A stretch of 64,000 nt of DNA from an uncultured Nitrospiraceae bacterium (GTDB taxonomy: Bacteria > Nitrospirota > Thermodesulfovibrionia > Thermodesulfovibrionales > UBA6898): NCBI GenBank assembly GCA_963811165.1, contig CAWEQH010000008.1, positions 160,001 through 224,000 of the forward strand, written 5' to 3'. A program made the position numbers and the translations under genes. Below are positions 50,377 through 61,963 of the stretch, piece after piece (position 1 is the first letter of the stretch; every line of letters begins with the position of its first letter). Below the pieces are notes generated by a model that ran no database searches, was not told where the DNA came from, and was given only the letters and a program-made list of their open reading frames with translations.

Positions 50377-53300
50377 GTGGCAGAAGATATTTACGCCATT
50401 TTCCAAAAACCTAAAAATCCTACTGACTTCGAGGCGATCAGGATCAAACTCGCCTCTCCGGAGAGGATACGTGAATGGTCTTACGGCGAGGTGAAAAAAC
50501 CTGAGACGATCAACTACCGGACATTCAAGCCAGAAAGGGACGGACTTTTCTGTGCCAAGATATTCGGTCCGATAAAGGACTGGGAATGCATATGCGGTAA
50601 GTACAAGAGGATGAAGCACAGGGGCATTGTGTGCGATAAGTGCGGCGTAGAAGTTATCCAGTCGAAGGTGAGGCGCGAGAGGCTCGGGCATATCGAACTT
50701 GCAACCCCTGTGGCGCACATCTGGTTTCTTAAGGGGGTCCCGAGCCGGATCGGCACGTTGCTTGATATGACGATGCGGAACCTCGAAAAAGTTCTCTACT
50801 TCGAAAGTTATATCGTGGCAGATCAAGGTGATACGCCGCTTAAGGCGAAGGAACTTCTCAGTGACGAAGAGTATAAGAAGAAAACCGCTGAATACGGGAC
50901 CCGTTTTAAGGCCGGAATGGGGGCCGAGGCGATCAGGGAACTGCTTAAGAGCAGTCGACCTCGAAACACTGAGCGTGGAACTCAAGATGAAGATCAAGGA
51001 AGCGGTCTCCCTCGGGGTGAAAAAGAAACTCACGAAGAGATTGAAGGTAGTAGAGGCGTTCAGGAAATCGGGCAACAAGCCTGAATGGATGATCATGGAC
51101 GTTATCCCGGTCCTCCCTCCTGATCTCAGACCTCTTGTACCCCTTGAGGGAGGGCGGTTTGCGACGTCCGACCTTAACGATCTTTACAGGAGGGTCATAA
51201 ACAGGAACAACAGGCTCAAGAGGCTTGTGGAACTGAAGGCCCCGAGCGTCATAATAAAAAACGAAAAGAGAATGCTCCAGGAGGCTGTGGACGCCCTTTT
51301 TGATAATGGCAGAAGGAGTAAGGTTCTGAAGACTGCGACGAAGAGGCCGCTGAAGTCCCTCAGCGATATGATCAAGGGCAAGCAGGGCCGATTCAGACAG
51401 AACCTCCTGGGCAAAAGGGTTGACTACTCCGGCAGGTCGGTTATTGTCGTGGGACCTGAACTGAGATTGCACCAGTGCGGCCTGCCCAAGAGGATGGCGC
51501 TCGAACTCTTTAAGCCTTTTATATTCAGCAAGCTCGAAGAAAAGGGATATGCTACGACAATAAAGGCCGCCAAGAAGCTTGTCGAGAAGGAATCGCCGGA
51601 GGTATGGGACGCCTTGGAAGAGGTCATCAGGGAAACGCCTGTTCTCCTTAACAGGGCCCCGACCCTCCACAGACTCGGCATTCAGGCCTTCGATCCCGTC
51701 TTGGTCGAGGGTAAGGCTATAAAGCTTCATCCTCTCGTTTGTACTGCCTTCAACGCCGATTTCGACGGTGACCAGATGGCCGTCCATGTGCCGCTTTCGA
51801 TAGAGGCGCAGATCGAGGCGAGGGTCTTGATGATGTCGGTCAACAACGTCCTTTCTCCGGCCAATGGCAAGCCCATCCTAGTCCCGACACAGGACATGGT
51901 CTTGGGCATTTACTACCTGATGAAGGAGAGAATCGGCGCGCTGGGAGAGGGCAAGGTATTCGGCGGTCCCGAGGATGTCAGGGTGGCCTATGACGCCGGT
52001 CAGTTGAGCGAACATGCCAGGATCAAGGTGAGGATGAACGGTGAGTTTGTGGAGACGACCACAGGGAGGGTCCTCTTCTCTGAGATAGTTCCAGAGGAAA
52101 TTACTTTCCCGATGATAAACAAGGACATGACGAAGAAGGAGTTATCGAAGATAATCGAATTCTCCTATAAAAAAGCAGGCAAGCGCAAGACAGTCGTCTT
52201 CCTCGATAATCTCGAAAAGCTTGGGTTTAAGTATGCGACAGAATCGGGTATTTCGATCTGCATGGCCGATATGCATATACCTTCGAAGAAGGCGGAAATG
52301 ATACACCACGCTGAATCCGAGGTTATGGAAGTTCAGAAGCAGTACGCCGACGGCCTCATCACACAGGGCGAGCGGTACAACAAGGTGATCGATATATGGG
52401 CCAACGTCACCGAGCGCATTGCCGATGAGATGATGAAGGAACTCGGTGCTGAAGACGACAGGATAGCCTCCGAAGAGGAACTCAAGGAGAAGAGGTCGTT
52501 TAACAGCATCTTCATGATGGCGGATTCAGGGGCCAGGGGAAGCGCTGCCCAGATCCGTCAGCTCGCCGGTATGAGGGGGCTTATGGCAAAACCCTCAGGA
52601 GAAATCATCGAGACGCCGATTACCGCAAACTTCAGGGAGGGCCTCACCCCGCTTCAGTACTTCATCTCGACCCACGGCGCAAGAAAAGGTCTCGCCGATA
52701 CGGCCCTTAAGACGGCGAACTCCGGATATCTTACCCGCAGGCTCGTCGACGTTTCCCAGGATGTTCTTATTACAGAGGACGACTGCGCCACAAACGACAG
52801 CATTACAGTCACTTCTTTGGTCGAGGGCGGAGAGATCATCCAGCCGTTAGAGGAAAGGCTCATAGGAAGGTATTCGGTAGAGGACATAAAAGACCCTATT
52901 ACGAAGGAAGTCATTATTAAGAGGAGCCAGGAGATTGATGAGGTCTATACCCAGAAGATCATCGATGCAGGCATAAAGAGCGTGAAGATCCGGTCTGTAC
53001 TGACCTGCCAATCGAAGTTCGGCGTCTGTGCCAAGTGTTACGGCAGAGACCTGGGGAGGGGCGAGCACGTGGAGATCGGAGAGTCGGTCGGCATCATCGC
53101 CGCACAGTCGATTGGCGAGCCTGGGACACAGCTTACGATGAGGACGTTCCATATAGGTGGAACCGCGTCGAAGGTAGTTGAACAGACGGTCCTTGAGGCA
53201 AAGAACTCAGGGACGATAAAGTTTGTCAACATCAATACCGTAAAGAACAGGGAGGGCATGCTCATCGTCATGAACAGAAACGGGAGCATAGCCATAGTTG

Positions 53301-54487
53301 ATTCTAAAGGCAGGGAGAAGGAAAACTACTCGGTCGTCTACGGAGCCAAGTTGAGGGTGACGGAGGGACAGAAGGTAGAGGGCGGGCAGAGACTTGTCGA
53401 ATGGGACCCCTATTCCACTCCCATACTTACCGAACTCGGCGGCAAAATAGCACTGGGCGATATCGTTGAGGGCGTTACCGTAAAGGAAGAGGTCGACGAG
53501 ACGACCGGACTTTCCCATAAAGTAATCATCGACTACTCTACGAATATGAGGCCTAGGATCTCGATTAAGGATGAACACGGGAAGGCAACGCTCAAGATAC
53601 CCGGTACAAACAACCCGGCGCGATATAACCTGCCTTCGGGAGCGCATATACTTGTCGACAAGAACGACGCGGTCTATCCTGGCGACATACTGGCAAAAAT
53701 ACCGAGGGAGACGACGAAAACGAAAGACATCACAGGTGGTCTGCCGAGAGTTGCCGAGCTCTTTGAGGCGAGGAAGCCGAAGGAACAGGCCCTTGTGTCC
53801 GAGATCGACGGTGTCGTCGAGTTCAGGTCTGCCCAGAAGGGCAAGCGCGTTGTTGTTGTCAGGGGTGGCGAGACAGTTAAGGAGTACGACATCCCCAAGG
53901 GTAAGCACGTCAGCGTTCACGAAGGCGACTGGGTGAAGGCGGGCGAGCCGCTTATGGACGGCGCGGTGAATCCCCACAGCATTCTAGATATCCTCGGGCC
54001 AAAGGAACTCCAGAGGTATCTCGTTGACGAGGTGCAGAAGGTATACCGGCTCCAGGGCGTTTCGATCAACGACAAGCACATCGAAGTTATAGTCAGACAG
54101 ATGATGCGCAAGGTAAGGATCGAAGACCCGGGAGATACGGTGTATTTGATCGGCGAGCAGGTGGACAGAATGGCTTTCCAGGAAGAGAACGAAAGGGTCA
54201 AGGCCGAAAGCGGGAAGCCTGCGCAGGGGAAGCCCTTACTCCTTGGCATCACAAAGGCGTCTCTTACGACGGACAGCTTTGTGTCGGCGGCCTCATTCCA
54301 GGAGACTACCCGTGTTCTCACCGAAGCAGCCATTAACGGTATGCTCGACGAACTCCGCGGTCTGAAGGAGAACGTGATTATGGGAAGAGTCATCCCCGCC
54401 GGGACGGGCATGGCGAAGTACAGGAATACCTTCGTCAAGCGGGAGCTGACGCCCGTCTTCGCTACGCCGCCGGCAGTGGAAGAATAA
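50377..54487 (+). CDS. rpoC: RNA polymerase beta' subunit (one indel near 50950)
   Basis: Zn finger, [31 protein letters not shown] motifs. Confidence 0.98.
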
Positions 54488-54510
54488 ATAAGCCGGATAT
54501 GCGGTGATCA

Positions 54511-54546
54511 ATTCCCCTGCTCCGCAAGGTGCGGGGGAATTTTTTT
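54511..54546 (+). terminator. intrinsic terminator after rpoC
   Basis: ATTCCCCTGC...GCGGGGGAAT followed by a T run. Confidence 0.8.
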
Positions 54547-54638
54547 GGAGGACATATGGGGAGTCAAGTTCGCAGTCCCATGATCACTAACGATGGCACT
54601 GGGGTTGCCTTTGACGGTTCGTAAGGATAAGGTGAAAT

Positions 54639-55109
54639 ATGTTTGAAATCGATATCCCCGGCTTCGGTCATGTACATCTGGAGCACTTGGTTTCTGATTT
54701 TACAGGGACACTTTCTGTTGACGGGAGACTTCTGCCCGGCGTGAAAGAGCGGTTAAATAAGATTGCAGGCATTCTTAACGTGTATATCCTGACCGCCGAC
54801 ACCTTCGGCATGGCAAAGGCCGAACTCAAAGACATCCGCTGTTCTATTCATATCTTGGCGGGTGACGATCACGATGTTCAAAAAAAGCGCTATATAGCCG
54901 GCCTTGGCGCTGAGGGCGTAATCGCCTTCGGAAATGGCAACAATGACCGGCTTATGCTAAAGACCGCAAAAATAGGGGTTGCGGTCAGTTTGAATGAAGG
55001 CTGTGCTGGAGATGCAATAATCGCTTCCGATATTTTCGTCACATCCATTACCGACGGGCTCGATCTTCTATTAAATCCGAAGAGATTAAAGGCAACATTG
55101 AGGTTTTGA
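54639..55109 (+). CDS. HAD family hydrolase (soluble P-type-ATPase-like)
   Basis: DFTGTL, LTADTFG, GNGNND, R.KATLR motifs. Confidence 0.88.
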   Translation: MFEIDIPGFGHVHLEHLVSDFTGTLSVDGRLLPGVKERLNKIAGILNVYILTADTFGMAKAELKDIRCSIHILAGDDHDVQKKRYIAGLGAEGVIAFGNGNNDRLMLKTAKIGVAVSLNEGCAGDAIIASDIFVTSITDGLDLLLNPKRLKATLRF

Positions 55110-55213
55110 TTTTGTACCCTTTCCCGTAGTCATCCGGCGTGACTCTTTAAGTTTCCTCCCTTATGGTATTATAAAAAAGGCTTATTTTTTCCGACTTTAT
55201 CATATAATTGAGT

Positions 55214-55708
55214 ATGAAATTTATTGCCGATGCGATGCTTGGCCGTCTTGCAAAATGGCTGAGGATTTTGGGTTTCGACGTATTATACTATCCGGATATT
55301 GATGACGGAGAGATTGTGAGGATCGCCAGGGAGCAGGAGCGGACGATATTGACAAGGGACACACAGCTTACAAAACGTAAAGGATTGCCGGGCGTCATCT
55401 TCGTTGAGAAAGATGATGTGTTCGACCAACTTACCCTTATCAGGGCACGGCTGGGTTTCAGCCAAGTGGCTTTTTCCGGCAGATGTGCAGTATGCAACGG
55501 CCTTATCGATGCGGTTCCTCAAAAAGAAGAAGTGAGAGATCTTGTGCCAGACTTTATCTACCGTAATTACCCCGGGTTCATGCGATGCAGGGACTGCGGC
55601 AAGGTCTATTGGGAAGGAAGCCACCGGAAGGGGATGAGGGAGAAGGTCGAAGAGGTTTTGTCCATCTATTGGAAACGGTCGTCTGCAGGTGAAGAAGGCA
55701 AACAGTGA
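55214..55708 (+). CDS. Mut7-C RNase (PIN-like) domain protein
   Basis: ADAMLGRLAKWLRILGFD, LTRD, RCAVCN, C..CGKVYWEGSH motifs. Confidence 0.92.
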   Translation: MKFIADAMLGRLAKWLRILGFDVLYYPDIDDGEIVRIAREQERTILTRDTQLTKRKGLPGVIFVEKDDVFDQLTLIRARLGFSQVAFSGRCAVCNGLIDAVPQKEEVRDLVPDFIYRNYPGFMRCRDCGKVYWEGSHRKGMREKVEEVLSIYWKRSSAGEEGKQ

Positions 55709-58155
55709 AGACCAATATATCTCTTTTTATACTTGTTATCTTCATCATCTCCCTCATTATCACACTCAATATGTTTTTCCAGCAGAGCTACCAGAGTGAG
55801 ATGGCGGAACAGTTTAACCGCCAGCAGCTGATTATTGCAAAGTCCGTGGCGAAGAGCATCCAGGGGGATCTCCAGCATATCGAGGCCGAGACATTATCAC
55901 TGGCTCGTCTTTTGGGAGAGGGCAGGCTGAGCGGCAGGACCATGGATGAATCGATCTATACTGCGTATGTGGAGTTGAGCGAGGACGTCAACGTCACTAT
56001 CAAGATATTTGACGCCAACGGGCGGATGACTTTCAGTTCTCGTGGCCAACCCGCCACCTCAGATGACGTCGGGCATTTTAAAAACCTTATGTCGTTGCCA
56101 CCCGGAAAGGTGACGTATATTGATCGGCTCGCCGAGGACAGGAAAATAATTCTCCTGACGCCCATAATCAATGGCTCCGTGCGGAAAGGCCTCCTGATAA
56201 TGAAACTCTCGATAGACACGATAAGCAAGAAGTTCCTGGCCCCGATAAAGGTTGGAATCAGAGGGCATGCATGGATGATGTCCGGAAACGGCACGCTTCT
56301 TTATCACCCTACCCAGCCGAAGATGGTCGGAAAGAACCTATACAAGGCGGACCGTTCTTGTTTTGACTGTCATACGTCCTTTGATGTCGAAAGGAAAATC
56401 CTCGAAAGCGGGGACATCGGCTTCAGCTCCTACATCGCCCCATACGGAGAGGACAAGCTTATCGCTTTTTCGCGGGCGACGATCGCAGATCTGTCGTGGA
56501 TAGTCTGCATATCCATACCATATTCCGAGGTGACATTCAGCATAAGGAAGAGTATGAAGCTCCATTCTCTTCTTGTGATCTCCATTTTTATCGCTACGGT
56601 GTTCGGAGCGTTTGCCATTGTGATGATAAACAGGCAGAGGGTAAAGGCTGAAGAGAAGGCCAAATACCTCGAGACCCAGAAACTGCTCGAAAAGGAAATC
56701 GTGCAGACTAAGGACTACCTTGAGAATGTTCTAGAAAGTACCGAGTCGATGATTATGGTCCTCGACAGGGACATGATTGTCCGAACGGTGAACTCTGCGC
56801 ATACCCGTCTGTGTGGCAAAAAGAAGGAAGACATCATTGGACAAAGCTTCTTCGCGATTTTTCCGGTAGGCGATACTGACAGGGAGACAGATATGATTAA
56901 GGGGGCTCTCAGAGAGTGTCTTGAGGGGAAAAGCCATCGGTTGAGCAACTATCCCTATCCCCTTGACGGGCATAAACTCTATATCAATATAAACATTAAC
57001 CCCCTTGTTCTGCACGGAGAGGTGGCGGGCATTATTCTTTCGAGCGGCGACGTGACGCAAGAGGTGAACTTAAAAACCAAGATCCAGGAATATGCGCTGA
57101 GGCTGGAGGAGATGGTTGTTGTCAGGACAGACGAATTGAAAGAAGAAAAAGAGAAACTCGACGCGATAGTCAGCGCGATAGAGGGCGGTCTTTGTGTGAT
57201 GGACGATGTTGACAGAAAAGTAATATGGGCGAACAAAACACTCCTTGAGTGGATGGGAGAGGACTCCGTCCAGAAGATAACAATCGAGAAGATCTACGGG
57301 GAAAACAATATCCACCGCGCAATCGTAGACGATAGGATGCTCCGCGAGGTGATATACCATAATTACGGGCATAAGAAGGGGTATTTCCAGATAACCTCGA
57401 CTCCGCTTATTGCGCCGCACGGGCATCGGCAGTCCCTTATCCTTATCCAGGACGTCACCGACATAAAAAAGATGGAAGACCGGATGATGCAGTCCGAGAA
57501 ACTCTCTGCGCTTGCGAGGATCTCCGCCGGCATCGCCCATGAGATAGGCAACCCTCTCACCTCAATATCTTCCTACGTCCAGATACTAAGAGAAATGGAC
57601 CACGACGAGTTCACGAAGGAGAGTCTTGATACCGTTGCAAAGCACATCACACGGATCGCAGATATCGTCAGACAAATGTCCAGTTTCTCAAAGACGCGGG
57701 AATCGGACCTCAGACATCATGACGCGCTCGAGCTTGTCGACATGACACTCGACCTGGTGAAGTATGACAAGAGGATGAAGGGGATAAAGATTAACGTTGA
57801 AATACCGGAGAAACTCCCCCCTGTCAGGGTGAACGAGACACAGATAATTCAGGTGCTCTTGAATATCATTCTTAACGCAGCCGATGCGATGATGAACGGT
57901 GGAAATCTGGACATAAAGGCCAGAGGGCTCGACGAAGAGGTCGAGATATCAGTCGCGGATTCCGGGACCGGGATTCCCGCGGAGCATCTTGAGAAAATAT
58001 TCGATCCTTTTTTCACTACGAAGGAAAAAGGGACCGGACTTGGGCTTGCGGTCAGTTATAATATCATCAGGAGTTATCAGGGCGACATCCTTGTTGAAAG
58101 CAGACCGGAGGGAGGAACGATTTTCAGGGTGAGGCTTCCGTATTATGAAAGCTGA
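55705..58155 (+). CDS. sensor histidine kinase (periplasmic Cache-like domain with CxxCH; PAS domains)
   Basis: Two TM segments, LLYHP, CFDCH, AHEIGNPL, NAADA, DSGTG, PFFTTK.GTGLGL. Confidence 0.93.
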   Translation: MKTNISLFILVIFIISLIITLNMFFQQSYQSEMAEQFNRQQLIIAKSVAKSIQGDLQHIEAETLSLARLLGEGRLSGRTMDESIYTAYVELSEDVNVTIKIFDANGRMTFSSRGQPATSDDVGHFKNLMSLPPGKVTYIDRLAEDRKIILLTPIINGSVRKGLLIMKLSIDTISKKFLAPIKVGIRGHAWMMSGNGTLLYHPTQPKMVGKNLYKADRSCFDCHTSFDVERKILESGDIGFSSYIAPYGEDKLIAFSRATIADLSWIVCISIPYSEVTFSIRKSMKLHSLLVISIFIATVFGAFAIVMINRQRVKAEEKAKYLETQKLLEKEIVQTKDYLENVLESTESMIMVLDRDMIVRTVNSAHTRLCGKKKEDIIGQSFFAIFPVGDTDRETDMIKGALRECLEGKSHRLSNYPYPLDGHKLYINININPLVLHGEVAGIILSSGDVTQEVNLKTKIQEYALRLEEMVVVRTDELKEEKEKLDAIVSAIEGGLCVMDDVDRKVIWANKTLLEWMGEDSVQKITIEKIYGENNIHRAIVDDRMLREVIYHNYGHKKGYFQITSTPLIAPHGHRQSLILIQDVTDIKKMEDRMMQSEKLSALARISAGIAHEIGNPLTSISSYVQILREMDHDEFTKESLDTVAKHITRIADIVRQMSSFSKTRESDLRHHDALELVDMTLDLVKYDKRMKGIKINVEIPEKLPPVRVNETQIIQVLLNIILNAADAMMNGGNLDIKARGLDEEVEISVADSGTGIPAEHLEKIFDPFFTTKEKGTGLGLAVSYNIIRSYQGDILVESRPEGGTIFRVRLPYYES

Positions 58156-59503
58156 AACGGCGAAAATACTCGTAGTGGACGACGAAAGGGACATATGCAG
58201 GGCCCTTGAATTCCTTTTGTCGCGTGAGGGATATAAAGTCGTGACTGCAAACAGCGGCCGGGAAGCGCTAAAGAAAATCGAGTCCGAAGATTTTGATCTC
58301 GTCATCAGCGATCTCAGGATGGAGGATATAGACGGGCTGCAGGTCCTTGAAAAAGCCATTGCCATGAACTCCAGTCTCATCGTAATTATCATGACTGCCT
58401 TCGCATCGGTGGAGTCGGCAGTTGAGGCCATGAAAAAGGGTGCCAGTGACTATATCGTAAAACCTTTTATCAATGAAGACGTTAAAATGACCGTCAGAAG
58501 GCTCCTCGAGCACAAAAAGGTCTTGATGGAAAACCTTGTTCTGAGGCAGCAGCTGAGTCAGCAGTTAGGCAGCAGGCAATTTGTCGGTGTGTCCCCTCAA
58601 ATAGAGAGGCTATTCGATGTTTTGAGCAAGGTGATTCCGACCAGGTCCAATATCCTTATCCTGGGGGAGAGCGGCACCGGGAAGGGGCTGATAGCAGAGA
58701 TAGTGCACGGCAACAGCCAGCGGAAGGACAAACCTTTCATATCTATAAACTGCTCTGCGATTCCCGAGAGCCTGCTCGAAAGCGAACTCTTCGGCTATAG
58801 AAAGGGCGCCTTTACCGGCGCGGCGTCGGACAAGAAAGGGTTGATTACGATGGCTGACCAGGGCACCCTTTTCCTTGACGAAATCGGCGATATGCCTTTA
58901 GGTCTCCAGGCCAAGATTCTGAAGGTTCTCGAAACAGGGGAGATCCACCCCTTGGGCGATACCAAGACAATGTTTGTCGACATCAGACTTATCGCAGCCA
59001 CAAACAAGGTCCTTGAAGAGCAGATAAAGAGAGGGCTTTTCAGAGAGGATCTCTATTACCGGCTGAATGTAATTGAATTGAAAATTCCTCCTCTTAGGGA
59101 GAGGAAAGAGGATATCACTGTTCTTGCGCATTATTTTATAGAGAAGTATAGCAAGGAAAATAACAAGAAGGTGACAAGTATCGCGGACGATGCGCTTGCG
59201 GCATTCAACAGCTATTCATGGCCTGGTAACATCAGGGAATTGAGGAACGTTGTCGAGAGGGCTGTAGTCTTATCAGGATCAAGCGTGATCGGTCTTGCCG
59301 AGTTGCCGGACAAGATAAAAAGGCAAGACGGCTCGGCGGGCATGCAGTCACTGAAGGACAAGCTCGATTACTGCGAAGAAAAGATAATAAAGGAAGCGCT
59401 TCAGTCGAATGACTGGCGCAAGGAAGAGACCGCGGCACAACTCGGGGTTGACCTCGCTACGCTTTATAGAAAAATCAAGAAGCTCGGAATCGCAGAGGGC
59501 TAA
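58145..59503 (+). CDS. sigma54-dependent response regulator (NtrC family)
   Basis: Receiver domain, GESGTGKG, GAFTGA, WPGNIREL, Fis HTH. Confidence 0.95.
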   Translation: MKAETAKILVVDDERDICRALEFLLSREGYKVVTANSGREALKKIESEDFDLVISDLRMEDIDGLQVLEKAIAMNSSLIVIIMTAFASVESAVEAMKKGASDYIVKPFINEDVKMTVRRLLEHKKVLMENLVLRQQLSQQLGSRQFVGVSPQIERLFDVLSKVIPTRSNILILGESGTGKGLIAEIVHGNSQRKDKPFISINCSAIPESLLESELFGYRKGAFTGAASDKKGLITMADQGTLFLDEIGDMPLGLQAKILKVLETGEIHPLGDTKTMFVDIRLIAATNKVLEEQIKRGLFREDLYYRLNVIELKIPPLRERKEDITVLAHYFIEKYSKENNKKVTSIADDALAAFNSYSWPGNIRELRNVVERAVVLSGSSVIGLAELPDKIKRQDGSAGMQSLKDKLDYCEEKIIKEALQSNDWRKEETAAQLGVDLATLYRKIKKLGIAEG

Positions 59504-59635
59504 TTACTCCGGCCGAAAAGGAGATGACCCTGACCCTTGCATTTTTCAATCGGGCCATGAATTTTTTGAACTCCTCCAGGAAGAAACATGCAAAGTGCAA
59601 AGCCTCATCGATCCCATTGCCGGATCTCAGTCATA

Positions 59636-61084
59636 TCATGCGGCAGTCAGTATCTTCAGTACCCTTATTCTTCCCGGGTGTTTGAGTTTCCTCAGCGCCT
59701 TCGCCTCGATCTGGCGCACCCTCTCACGAGTCAGGGAGAGATATCTTCCCACCTCTTCGAGGGTATGGTCTCTGTCTACACCTATTCCGAACCTCATCCT
59801 TATCACCTTTTCCTCATTAGGGTGGAGAGTTTTAAGGAGCTGAATCATCTTTTCGGAGAGTTCGCTTTTTTCAGTACCTGAATAAGGCGACGGACTGTTC
59901 TCATCGCTTATGAAATCCTCCAGCTCCGAATCTTCATCCCCGACCTTGGTCTGCAGCGCTATGGGGTCCTGGATTGCCCTGAAAACTTCTTCAACCTTGG
60001 TAGCCGAAACGCCCATTTTGCCCGCGATTTCTTCATTTCGAGGCTCCCTCCCAAGCTCCTGGGTCAACTCCCTCGCCGCCCTGGTTACCTTGTTATAAAA
60101 CTCGACCATGTGAACCGGCACACGTATAGTCTTGGTTTGGTCTATGAGTGCCCTCGTAATCGCCTGTCTGATCCACCAGGTAGCATAGGTGCTGAACTTG
60201 AACCCTTTTTCATACTTGAACTTGTCGACCGCTTTCATAAGGCCGATATTCCCCTCCTGGATAAGATCCAACAAGGAGAGCCCCCGGCCCAAATAATTTT
60301 TTGCGATATTCACGACCAGCCTTAGGTTTCTGGTGGTCAATTCATTCTTGGCATCGGCATACAACGTTTTTGCCTTCGTGATCGTTCCCCATGCAGCCCT
60401 GAGATCATCTACCTTTAGTCCTACCGTCGCTTCGATATTTTTATAAACATCGTGGACCTCGTTTTCAATCTCCCGAAGCTTTACGGGATCGGCCCCTTTT
60501 TTCTTTTTCTCCTTAATGAGTTTCCTCAAATCCTTCAAAGAACTGTATCTTGCGATCTTACGGTCCGCAGCTCCCATCCGCTCCATCAGGCTTTCGAGTA
60601 CTTCAACAGAGGAAAGAACAGCTCTGTAGGCCCTTTCCTCTGCTTCCTCTGCTTCCTCCCCTTCCTCTGCCTCCTGCCGTGCAAGGTCTGCTTCGATTTT
60701 CTTATAAAGGGGCATAGAAGAAATATTATTCCTGATGATCTTTCTGCCTTCCTCAAGCCTTTTTGCGATCTCAATCTCCTCGTCTCTTGTGAGAATAGTG
60801 ATGTTGCCCATGGAATGGAAATAGGCCTGCACCAGGTCCTCCGTCTTTTCAGATTCAGCTACTTCCTCCTCTTCCCAAGCCTCCTCCCCGAAAACTCCGG
60901 CTTCTTCAGGGGACGTCACCTCTATCCCGGATTCTTCAAGAAGATCAAGCAGTTCCTCCATCTCTTCAGGAGAAAAATACTCCGGGGACATTGCCTCGTT
61001 TACCTCATCATAGGTAAGGCCGCCCCGTTTTTTCCCCATCTCGATAATTTCTTCAAAAAGCTCATTTTTTTCCATCTTTATCAT
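59636..61084 (-). CDS. RpoD-like sigma70 factor (probably a secondary paralog)
   Basis: Region 1.1, [35 protein letters not shown] motifs. Confidence 0.9.
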   Translation of the reverse strand: MIKMEKNELFEEIIEMGKKRGGLTYDEVNEAMSPEYFSPEEMEELLDLLEESGIEVTSPEEAGVFGEEAWEEEEVAESEKTEDLVQAYFHSMGNITILTRDEEIEIAKRLEEGRKIIRNNISSMPLYKKIEADLARQEAEEGEEAEEAEERAYRAVLSSVEVLESLMERMGAADRKIARYSSLKDLRKLIKEKKKKGADPVKLREIENEVHDVYKNIEATVGLKVDDLRAAWGTITKAKTLYADAKNELTTRNLRLVVNIAKNYLGRGLSLLDLIQEGNIGLMKAVDKFKYEKGFKFSTYATWWIRQAITRALIDQTKTIRVPVHMVEFYNKVTRAARELTQELGREPRNEEIAGKMGVSATKVEEVFRAIQDPIALQTKVGDEDSELEDFISDENSPSPYSGTEKSELSEKMIQLLKTLHPNEEKVIRMRFGIGVDRDHTLEEVGRYLSLTRERVRQIEAKALRKLKHPGRIRVLKILTAA

Positions 61085-61307
61085 ATCCCTTCCCCGGCCT
61101 CTTTGTAAGGCCAGGTCCTTTTTCAATTTTCTTCAAATAAGAAGACAATTACCCTTTTTCAGTAAGAGTTTATTCTACAACTTTGAAGAAAATATGAAAA
61201 ATGAATGGTTTTAGTGGTTTTGCCGCTTACCCACACCATTATTTTGCTATAATTTAAATTGTCTGCCTTTTGGGCGGGCCAATATGGGTGGACAGGAGCT
61301 GACGACG

Positions 61308-61916
61308 ATGAAAAAACTTGGTGCTTTTCTTTCCCTGTGCTGGCTGCTGCTTGCGGTAAACCCCGTATTATCAAAGGACGTTGTCGACGCAGGCTTCTAT
61401 TTCGACAGGGGAAATTCTTATTTTAATAACGAAGAATATGACAATGCGATAAAGGCATACAGCCAGGCCATATCAATATACACCGAATTTTTAGATGCCT
61501 ACCATAACCGCGGGCTTGCCTATTATAAGAAAGGTAAATATGAAGAGGCTATTTCCGACTTCAGCAAGGTAATAGCGAAGAACCCCGAAAGTGTCCAGGA
61601 TTATAGCAGCAGGGCGCTCGCATACCTGAAAACAGGGCAGTTTGCCTATGCGGCCGATGACTTAAGCAAGGTAATAGCTATGAGCCCCACCTCTGCTGAG
61701 GCCTATCATAACCGTGGGATCGCCTATGCTAACTTGGGGAAATATGACGAGGCGATCGATGACTACAATAAAGTCATTTCGATCAGGCCAGGGGACATGA
61801 ATGTCTACATGTCCAGGGGAGTTGCCTATTTTAGAAAGGCAATGGCCGATTTCGGCAAGGCGTGCGACGCGGGAAATCAGGCGGCCTGCGACAATGTAAA
61901 GCAGTTGTCTAAATAG
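61308..61916 (+). CDS. exported TPR protein
   Basis: Signal peptide, repeated AY.NRG motifs, C-terminal ACDAGNQAAC. Confidence 0.88.
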   Translation: MKKLGAFLSLCWLLLAVNPVLSKDVVDAGFYFDRGNSYFNNEEYDNAIKAYSQAISIYTEFLDAYHNRGLAYYKKGKYEEAISDFSKVIAKNPESVQDYSSRALAYLKTGQFAYAADDLSKVIAMSPTSAEAYHNRGIAYANLGKYDEAIDDYNKVISIRPGDMNVYMSRGVAYFRKAMADFGKACDAGNQAACDNVKQLSK

Positions 61917-61963
61917 AGGCCCGAAGCGGGCGACGAGGGCAGGCAAGAGCAGCTTGATTACTG

